A stretch of 63,951 nt of DNA, the filler included, from Guillardia theta CCMP2712 (taxonomy: Eukaryota; Protista; Cryptophyta): assembly GCF_000315625.1 (NCBI RefSeq). It is 5 parts of 4 records of this genome, joined end to end, with 100 filler letters (N's around TTAATTAATTAA, not from the genome) between each part and the next. Parts side by side here need not be neighbours in the genome. Positions count along the whole stretch, not along the records: positions 38,626 to 57,375 come from NW_005434362.1; positions 57,476 to 61,676 come from NW_005434362.1; positions 61,777 to 63,951 come from NW_005434066.1; 2 more parts are not named here. One strand, 5' to 3'. The translations under genes were made by a program, and so were the position numbers. Positions 55,190 to 63,951 of this stretch are shown piece by piece. Each line of letters starts with the position of its first letter. Position 1 is the stretch's first letter. The notes beneath the pieces are model-generated. The model was not told where the DNA came from and did no database searches. It saw only the letters and a list, made by a program, of their open reading frames with translations.

Positions 55190-57310
55190 TTCTAATATGT
55201 ATGCAAGGATGCTTCGTTTTCACGATCAGGAATGAGGATGCTAGTGGATGCCGCAGGGGGACCGTGATCTCGGTAAGCCCAGCCCAAACATCCTGCCTCC
55301 AGTTTGCTATCTATCCTCCTCCTCCTCCTCCTCCAGCCTCCCCCTCCTCCTTCTCCTCCTCCCCTTCCCTTCGATGCGACAGCTGTTCATCCTTATCGAG
55401 ACCATGGCTCTCTTGCCCGTTCCTCCTCCAGCCTCCTCCTCCCGTTCTGATCCTCCCCGGTCAGGACGGAGACGTCATGTCAAGTGCCCTTCACGCCATC
55501 TGCACCTGCGTCGGATGCTCCGCTCCGCCCTTCACTGGCCGGGCCCTTCACCAGCACGTCCATAGTATGGACGGCAACCGAGCTCTGACCACCTGGGGGT
55601 CCCTCCACTGGGACTCCAACGGCCCCAACGCAACTTGTCGCCGAGTGTGGAAGTCTCTCCAGGTGGGAAGTCGCAAGTTTGACAAGCTGGGAACGTCACT
55701 TTGACAACCCTGACGAGCCCCTGGTAGGACTGCGATGGGATCAGGGTGCTGAGTGCCCTGCTGAGGGGCAACAGCGAGTATACATCACATGTATAACTTT
55801 CGCTCTGCTGGGAAGGATGTTTGACAACTTTGACAACTAGGACCGTATCAGAGCTCTGGCGTGCCGGGCCCTGACTGGGCTCAGCTACGAGCCAAGGATC
55901 CAGCAAGTGAGCTTGCCGTCAGCTGGGGTTTGCGGCTGAGCGACGTCATGCAGATCCTGCAAGAGTCTCAACTTGCTCTTGCGCTGTCGGAGCTTCTGAA
56001 GCAGGTGGGCATGGGAGAGGAGAGCGAGGAAAGGCGAGTAGAGCAGAGCAGAGCTGGTGATTGGGATGTTTGAGGGAAAAACTAGGGAAGTGAAATGCAG
56101 GACAGAGGAGGAAAAGGAGAACAAGCGGATTGGAGGGTTGGGCGAGGGTAGCATATCCGAAACAAAATGATAGGGGGATGTAGTTTGGAGGGAGGGAATG
56201 GACAGGAGGAGGAGGAGGAGGAGGAGGAGGAGGAGGAGGAGGTAGCAGCCCCAAGAGCAAGAAGAGTTGTGGGCTGTCTGATCAAAACTATCACAAAGGC
56301 ACCAAGACGTGGGACTTCAGTTCGCGATGTGGAGGCATCTGCCTTCAGACTTGTAAGATTGTCGTCGATGCTCGCGAGTTCGGTGACTGAGCTGACAGTC
56401 TGCCTCCTACCTCATCTCCTGTATCACCGGTCGAGCGCAGCACACTGTGCTAGACGTGGCTGTGAGTTGAGAATAGTGCAAATCTGCTGATGATGTTCTG
56501 CTGATGATGTTCTGCTGATGATGTTCTGCTGATGATGGTCTGCTGATGATGTTCTGCTGATGATGTTCTGCGGATGATGTTGCGTATGCACCCTTGAGAT
56601 TGCGAGATTGTTGAAATGCTCCAATTTTTGTCGTGATGGCCGATGTGAAAGTCGTCAGGAGACAACAAACATTGTCATGAGCTGTTGCTATTAACAAGTT
56701 CTTGATGTTTTCTATATTGTCAGTCAGATGTTGTTTTTTGCTCCTCAGAACAGAAATTTTCATATTCCTGACCTTCGTTTTCTTTGTTCCTTCCGCTGAT
56801 CTTTCACTCAGGGCGATAGCGCGCTGCGAAAGATCGAGAAGGCAGCAACTGTAGAACAAGCCACGATATCATATGACAACAGAGAGTTGCTGAGACTTGT
56901 TCAAGCGGTGAGATATGATGTGCAATCATTCAAATTTTACTTCTCAACACGATGTCCATGAGATCTACGTTCTCCCACCGCCGATCGTTGTCTGACATCC
57001 ATCTTATCTCTGTCTTTCTGCCTCTGAGACCTCAACCTTACACATCCCCTTCCCTGTGAGATCAACATTCTTCTTTCATTTCGGCATTTTGCTGTCGCAA
57101 ACACTTCATGTTGTTCGACGTATGATCTTCGTCACTGACGATATCAAACAGCATCTTGTCTCGTCTGGTCTTCACAAGGCAGCAAGGTCTCTATATCATA
57201 ACCATCGCGTCTCGGCTGTGACCTCGTCTGCTCATCAACAGGGCGCTAGCAGAAGAAGCGCAACTTGATGTTGCTGCAGCTCCACAACATGCACCGATGC
57301 TTACTCCGAA
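51289..57310 (+). CDS. DCAF1: DDB1- and CUL4-associated factor 1 (VPRBP) homolog, ARM + LisH regions; runs into gap
   Basis: Exons ETLRMLAALLFHRKFALVFVEH, VAKWCGLALRNFVRAHL, GGLELLLQLLQ, VMSSALHAICTCV, DGIRVLSALL, DRIRALACRALTGLS, LRKIEKAATVEQATISYDNRELLRLV and KQHLVSSGLHKAARSL (LisH) follow the DCAF1 order. Confidence 0.85.
56483..56582. repeat. 14-bp tandem repeat (CTGCTGATGATGTT)n, intronic
   Basis: About 7 copies directly visible. Confidence 0.9.
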
Positions 57311-57312
57311 GG

Positions 57313-57351
<39 letters not shown>

Positions 57352-57535
57352 CGAGGAGGAGGAGGAGGAGGAGGGNNNNNNNNNNNNNNNNNNNNNNNNN
57401 NNNNNNNNNNNNNNNNNNNTTAATTAATTAANNNNNNNNNNNNNNNNNNNNNNNNNNNNNNNNNNNNNNNNNNNNGCAGCAGACGTCTATCATCAACATA
57501 CACACGCCACATATCAATATCCCAGCTCACATGTC

Positions 57536-58127
57536 CCACCTCGAGATCGTAAAGATGTTTGTTCCCAATCCTTTTGTTGGGCTTCCAAGACTTGGGGTAG
57601 TTAAGGCTGAAACAGCATCAGCGCTGAGCAGTCGACGGAGCGATCACCTGAAGCCATAGGCCGAAGGTCCCTGATATCTCTTGTTTGCTGTTATCTTCTG
57701 ACTCGCCTCATCCTCAGCAAGCACGCCTTACCAGCCATCCCTCAGTAACCGCGTTGAAGAACAACTCGCACACCTGTAGCTGATGATGCAGCAGACAGAA
57801 GAACAGCTAACTGCAGGAAGTCGCGCCTGCTGTTCTGACTGGGAGCACAAGTAAGCCCCGTCATCTCCTCCTTCCCTCCTCAGAACTTCTCGCTCGCCTC
57901 GGGGCCTCGTCGTTAACGGCGTTCACCATCGACAGGAACTGTTTGCCGGGTCTCCTTGCTGTCTTGGCGGACAAGCAACTGGAACATGTCGACTTGAGGA
58001 AGAGCTTGTTCGCTGCCATGGTTGGTGAGCATGCTGGACCATGACAAAAGCTCGTCGCCCCTTCTATCATCATCGCCGTGAACGCTGCCAGGGCCGCTCT
58101 CGCCACCATCGTCGGACTTATATCCAC
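57536..58127 (-). CDS. Plastid-targeted protein, possibly PsbP-domain family; 3' end toward gap
   Basis: Signal MVARAALAAFTAMMIEGATS-F, a transit-like region, Arg clusters and a later exon FSLNYPKSWK reminiscent of PsbP-like proteins. Confidence 0.4.
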
Positions 58128-58294
58128 CCTACCCTACCTTGAGGTTATAATCCAACTGCACCCTATTGACTCTTTGATTACCGGTCCAATTTAAATATAA
58201 ATTTGGGGGTAGTAGAAACATTATTATAACCCCTCACCCCCCATGACAATAACCCCACCCTCTATTCGAGCCTTGACACCTGTTCTTGGGGTAG

Positions 58295-58720
58295 CCCGAC
58301 GTGACCGTGCCGGTCAGTGAACCGGATTCCGGCGCCCGGCCGCCGAAGGCTTCTGAAGTTCGGAAAGCCAAGTCAAGTTACCGCCGGGCCCGGGCCACTG
58401 ATCGGGCAAATTGGTCCAGACCTGAAATATCCGATCATATGCCGCACTGGCTGCCTGGTGATCAGTGGTGCGCACTCGGCCCCGCGGGCCAGCAAGTGCG
58501 GCAGTGCCAAAGTCAGTTCCGAACTCGGAAGTGTAGGTCACCACTGAGAGCAACTTTGACTTGCGGGGGGTGTGAGTACTGGAGCTCGCCCCCCGACAAA
58601 AAAAATTTCCGTGACTGACAGTGAGCCTGAGTACTGGGCACTGCCCGCGCGGCGGCTGCGGGGTGACCGTAACCCGGACCACCGGGCCGAGTTGATCGGG
58701 GCTCGGCACTAGGGCCAAAA
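58295..58720. promoter_or_regulatory. GC-rich CCGG/CAGTGA-rich island
   Basis: Same word content; upstream of the minus-strand gene at 58127. Confidence 0.45.
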
Positions 58721-58730
58721 GATAAGAAGA

Positions 58731-58803
58731 TACTCTCGGCCGGGATTGAACCAGCGATCTTTCGCGTGTAAAGCGAACGTGATAACCACTACACCACGAG
58801 AGC
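58731..58803 (-). tRNA. trnV-UAC: tRNA-Val (anticodon TAC)
   Basis: 73-nt cloverleaf GCTCTCG...TGGTGTAGTGG (A box)...TTCGC-TTTACAC-GCGAA...GGTTCAATCC (B box)...CGAGAGTA, followed by a T4 run. Confidence 0.97.
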
Positions 58804-59212
58804 TTGAGGATCGGTCATCCCTAATGGTTATATAGCGCTATGGCGCCGGCGTCATGCCGTGAGGGAGGGAGAGAGGGAGGGAGGGAGGGAGGGAGGGGGA
58901 GCTAGTGAGGAGGGAGGAAGAGCGAGGGGGAGGAGGAGGATCGTTATGGTTATGGAGAAGGAAGACTAGTCTGGGATGGTTAAATCAAGCGAACGATCGC
59001 GTTGTAGAGAAGAAGAAAAGTTAGAGAGAAGGATTAGATTGGAAATAGCTGAGAGGAAGGGAGGTCAGGGAGCAGACAAGGATCGAAGGGAGAAGAAACC
59101 CAGTGAGGTGCCAGGGGCGGAGGAGCAGAGGAGGAGGGAGAAGGCGGGGGTTGAGAGCATGAATGGGGACTCCGAACGTGATATTCGTGCATTAACAGCT
59201 GTGAATGTCGCC

Positions 59213-59900
59213 ATGCTCCGCCTCTTCTTCCTCACGCTTCTCCTCCTTCCATGGTACATGGAAGCGACGCAGGTCAGTGAGGAGTTGTCCTCCCATCATG
59301 TCGTGATGCTGCTGCCCAGTACGAGGACGAAATAGTTCAAGAGGTGAAGGGATACTGCCAGGCCTCTCAGGCAAGATCGTGCGATAGGTTTTGTTGATAG
59401 TGAAGTCTTGGTAAGGACTCGAGCATACGAGCTCGATGCCTTCAGGTTGTCGACAATGACCGTGCAAGATCTGCTGCTAACTGCTCTGCACCAAGTTCAT
59501 GGGGAGGGTCAACGGGGCAGGGAGAAAGACATGGCGGCGCGAGTTGGCGCGTTCGCTGGGAAAGTTAGCATGGGGGATGCCGGTGCTAGGAGGAGGGACC
59601 TTGTGAAAGTTGACCGACGGCTGGCAGGATTGCGACGTTGACAGGAAACTCAAGGAAGAGAAGAGCGGAGGATGTGGTGGGTTCCTGACCCCCTGCTGTC
59701 CTGTGCGGCATGCTGAAGAACCCCAGACAATGTCTCTTCCTCCCTTGCGAGCTTCGCCTTCAAGCCTCTGGTCATACATACCGTAAACAACGCCATGGAC
59801 TGGCAGGTTTAGTACTCCTCCTGGACCTCCAACCCCTTCCTGCTCCTGCTCCTGCTCCTGCTGGTGCTCCTGCTGGTGCTCCTGCTGGTGCTCCTGCTGG

Positions 59901-59959
<59 letters not shown>

Positions 59960-61567
59960 GTCTTCTTCCCAGGCATAATGACGCTGTGCAGCACTTCTCC
60001 GTCGACTCTGTGCTTACCTGCAAGGATTCCTGCATCTGGGCGGGGCGGGTGGAGGTAGGAGGAGGAGTGCCGAAGCAGCTGCTGACGAGTGGCAGCCCCT
60101 GCGAGCAGCGGACGTTCTTGTCTTCGACTGCCTGACGACTCCGACGAGGGAGATGCGAGAGAGTAGTCGCCAAGTGCGATCATATCGTGCCGCTGATGCT
60201 GTCGATGCTCTAAGGGAACCCGCGAGCCGTCTGGTTGTTCCTCTGCATGGAGTCAGAGTTCCATGTCAGGAGGATGAAGGTTTGTTATCGTCTTTTACAG
60301 CTCTACCTCTCCTCCTACTCCTCTCCTCTTACTCCTCTCCTCCTACTCTTCTCCTCTTACTCCTCTCCTACTCTTCTCCTCTTACTCCTCTCCTTGCCAA
60401 CCTTTCAGGACCCTCAGTTCATGTCGCTCTTCGATATCGCAGCAACGTAGCATCTCTCCGCTGTCGACGTCTCCCATGTCCTCACTGCCTTCTCGCAGCT
60501 ACCGACTGACATCGCAACTCCCCCTCCTCTACGCCCCTGGGAACCTCTCCTTGTACGACTACGGGGCCGGGCAGGTGAAGCTCGTGGGCGGGTAGGAGGA
60601 GCAGAACTGAGGCAGCAGGCAGGAGCCGACGAAGCTTCTAGTCTGGATAGCTTCCAACTGCGCTCCAGCTAGAGTCGAGCTGGTGGAGGAGCTCATGTAG
60701 GAGAGAAGGCTGGTGGGGAGGAGGAGGAGCTGACGGGTGGGAGGGAGCAGGAGGGTGGTCGAAGTGCATTCGTACGGACAGTGTCTGCATAACAGAGACT
60801 TTCCGTCGGTTCTTGTGCGCGATCATGTCAAGCAATGGGCTGAGTTGAGATGCAGGTGGAGAAGGTGTTCGGATCTGAGAAGATTCCTTTGTTAGCTCAG
60901 TACAAGGTGTTGTTGCTTCCTTGCTTTGCTTCTTGTACTTTTCCCTGTGATTGTTTGTTTGTTTGTTTGTTTGTTTGTTTGTTCTTTTTGCTCTTTCATT
61001 TGCTTGTTCTTTCGTTCTTTCGTTCATTTCGTTTGTTGGTGTTGGATTGTTGAGATGATTGATTTCTATTCTGCTCGTGTTTTCTTCTCGAATTGTTTTC
61101 CAGGTGTACTCATAGTACATTCACTAACCTGTTTTGCCGTCGACAGTTTGTCTTGGCCATGGAGAATAGTTTCGTCGACGATTACGTCACTGAAAAATTC
61201 TATCAGGCCCTGATTGCAGGTTGAAGAATTCTCAAAAATACTCCAACTTCTTCCTCACAAAAACCTGCCGATCTCTGCTACACAACCAACTGTCGACCTC
61301 TCCTCCACAACAATCTTTCGATGTCTTGTTGACGTCTCGACCGCAGGCTCAGTCCCTATCTACCTTGGGGCCCCGAACATTCATGAGTTTGCACCTTCAC
61401 CAAATTCCTTCATTGACATGAGAAGGTTGGTAAACTTCGTCCATCTGTCGAGTGGTTTTCCTGACTTTCACGTTTTTCAGCTTCGAGACCGTCTCACAGC
61501 TCGCCGATTATATCCGCTACCTTGACTGGAATGCTTCTGCATACAAAGAGCTCCATGCATGGAGGAG
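59213..61567 (+). CDS. Alpha-1,3/4-fucosyltransferase (GT10), multi-exon
   Basis: Signal MLRLFFLTLLLLPW, then CMESE, YK-FVLAMENSFVDDYVTEKFYQAL (GT10 motif), SVPIYLGAPNIHEFAP, SFID and LADYIRYLDWNASAY. Confidence 0.9.
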
Positions 61568-61578
61568 GTAACTCCGTT

Positions 61579-61651
<73 letters not shown>

Positions 61652-62148
61652 TCTCTTCGTCGTCCTACGTCCTCTTNNNNNNNNNNNNNNNNNNNNNNNN
61701 NNNNNNNNNNNNNNNNNNNNTTAATTAATTAANNNNNNNNNNNNNNNNNNNNNNNNNNNNNNNNNNNNNNNNNNNNGAGAGCAGGAAAGGAGAGAAGAAG
61801 GCCATAAGGCGAACTAGGCGAATTGAAGTGGAGGGGATTTAGGAGGGAGACGGATCGAGAGGGAGAAGGGGGAGGACAGGGCAGGGGAGAAGGGAGAAGG
61901 GGAGGGGAGAAGGGAGAAGGAGAAGGGAGGGAGAAGGGGAGGGGTGGGGAGGGGACAGGAGGGGAGGAGAAGGGAGAAGGGGAGGGGAGGGGAGAAGGGC
62001 AGGGGAGAAGGGAGAAGAGAGAAGGGAGCAGGGCAGGACCGGGCAGGAGATGGGTGGGCAGGCAGGATAGGGAGGAATCGGACTTGTACTGACGTACGAG
62101 GCAGGACGACTGATGGTGACCTCCCTGCTTCCTTGAAGCTTCGCCGTC

Positions 62149-63216
62149 ATGCCTGCTGCCACGCTCTCGCGCTCGTTCTGGCAGGCCATGGCGCTAAGTC
62201 CGCTGTACCTCTTCCTCCTCCCTCCTCACACCGCCACGAGCTCCGACATGCCAGGATGCACATGGCACGAGGATCGGCCGACGGGCGTGAGCGATGCAAG
62301 TTGGACCCTCGGGTTGCGAGGAGGATCAGACTGGCACAAGAGGATCACTAAGGAGACTTACGACATCCTGAACAAGAGCGAACTCATCGAGGAATGGCGG
62401 AGGAACGACACGCGCGATGGGGGGAGCGGGAGGCGGCCGCTGCTCATGGCAGATACTCTCCTGCTCATCGCCAAGCTCCACCATGAGAGGTACACGGACA
62501 GCAAGGGGCAGCCGAAACCCGACGAGGTATCGCTGCTGTACCGTCAGCCTGTCGCATGCTCAGACAACAGGACGTACGGGGTCTGGACCAACTTCCACCT
62601 GGACAAGCCGTGCATGCTCCTGCGAGCGAACACTCTAGGGATCGGGGGAATGAAGCTGGGAGAATTCTGCCGGAGGGGAGAGAAGGGAAGGTTCAGGTTT
62701 GCGCGGCAGGACACTTGGTCGCGGGCAGGGATCAACGTCGACTGCGTCCTTGACGTGAACCTGCCGGGGAACTTCTTCTTCGGTGCCGGCGTGCGGGACA
62801 TTCTGGAGAACAGCACGGGGCGGGTGATAGGGATGGAGGACATGCGGGTAGAGCTGGCCAAGGTTATGGACGCGTACGGGGAGAAGTGGGTGGACGGGTA
62901 TGGGCAATTGCAGAATCACTGCCTGCTCAAGATCACAGTCTGGTGCAGCATCGATGCTGTGTACTCGTACGAGGTGGAGCAAAGGATGCTGCAGGAGGAC
63001 TTCCTGGAGAGGCTGACGGCGCTGCTGACTGAGCGGCTTCACTGGAAGCTGGAGGCGGCGGCTCAGCAGCAGCAGGTCATGGAGGAGAGAGAGGAACTAC
63101 GGCTGCAGTGGCATGCAAAGCCTCTTGCCGTCAGCCTCGGCGACTGCGAGGTCTGTGGGACCAAGTACTTGAACCATGTCGTCCTCACGGATCAAGAGTC
63201 CATTGACAATGCTGAG
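62149..63216 (+). CDS. Hypothetical protein (long exon; signal-like N-terminus)
   Basis: ~355 codons of complex sequence ending at a GAG|GTGAT donor before a (CCCTG)n intron repeat. Confidence 0.55.
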
Positions 63217-63909
63217 GTGATCGATTACCCTGCCCTGCCCTGCCCTGCCCTGCCCTGCCCTGCCCTGCCCTGCCCTGCCCTGCCCTGCCCTGCCCTGTCC
63301 TGTCCTGTCCTGTCCTGCCCTGCCCTGCCCTGCCCTGCCCTGTCCTGCCCTGCCCTGCCCTGACCTGTCCTGACCTGTCCTCTCCTTTCATGTCTTTTCT
63401 TCTCTACCCCATCACATCAGTCCTTCCTTGTATCAATCCCTCCGGTCGACTTCACTTGAATGCCCTTACAGAGACAAGTCGACCCTCGTCTACTCAACGT
63501 CACTTACGACGGCGCGATACCGCTCGACTTGAGGGTTGGAAGTAGCAGGAGCACAACTTTCAACAAGCTCATCTACTCATCAGGTCCAGGAAAAATTCTT
63601 GCTCTTCTCGGAGCCGGAGGAGACCGAGGGACTGAAGATTGCCCGCCGCCTTGCCAACTTGGATTTCGACGACGAGGAAGGTCTGATGAATTCATGACAC
63701 AAGTTCTCCATTCCTCTCCTCTAGTCAGCAACGGGTGCATGCGTAGCCGATCCCCTGTCCTGCTGCTGACTCTGTACCATCTCGTTTCTGTGTTGCTGCT
63801 TTTCAACCCCCCCTTCCTTTCCTGTGCGCTTCTCTCTCCCACTTCTACCGCATCCCCTCCGCCTTTCCCTCCTTTGTCCCCCCCTCTCCTCCTCTTCCCT
63901 CCTGGGATT

Positions 63910-63951
<42 letters not shown>

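Overview
Eukaryotic, intron-rich genomic DNA. Short ~45-50 nt GT-AG introns, microsatellite-filled introns, signal peptide + Phe/Trp plastid-type presequences and TTAATTAATTAA gap linkers suggest a cryptophyte alga such as Guillardia theta (inference). Host genes recognised: an ARM-repeat protein, an intronless GT49 (LARGE/B4GAT1-like) glycosyltransferase, a signal-peptide HSP20 with an upstream heat-shock element, an SDR, four paralogous psq/CENP-B-type HTH genes (two in an ~850 bp inverted duplication), a DUF1825 plastid protein, a PB1-like ORF, DCAF1/VPRBP, tRNA-Val(TAC) and a GT10 fucosyltransferase. Between two assembly gaps (24234-38525) lies a 14.3 kb island of different character, densely packed with mostly intronless ORFs typical of large DNA viruses. 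It encodes Cys-rich and Gly-rich surface proteins, a zinc-knuckle GIY-YIG nuclease, a GNAT, a GT-A glycosyltransferase and a catalytically dead lipase-3 with a 50-nt intron. The main discovery candidate is inside it. A Fanzor/TnpB C-terminal remnant has a putative omegaRNA end present twice, and three independent repeat pairs all break at a TTAA. Two copies of the same left flank-TTAA-right flank site hold different TIR-less TTAA-bounded cassettes: a 1513 bp GIY-YIG cassette and a 234 bp omegaRNA-end element. The predicted guide of the latter matches the flank of the GIY-YIG-occupied site at 22/23 nt, next to TTAA. All family assignments come from motif recognition by eye, with no database search.
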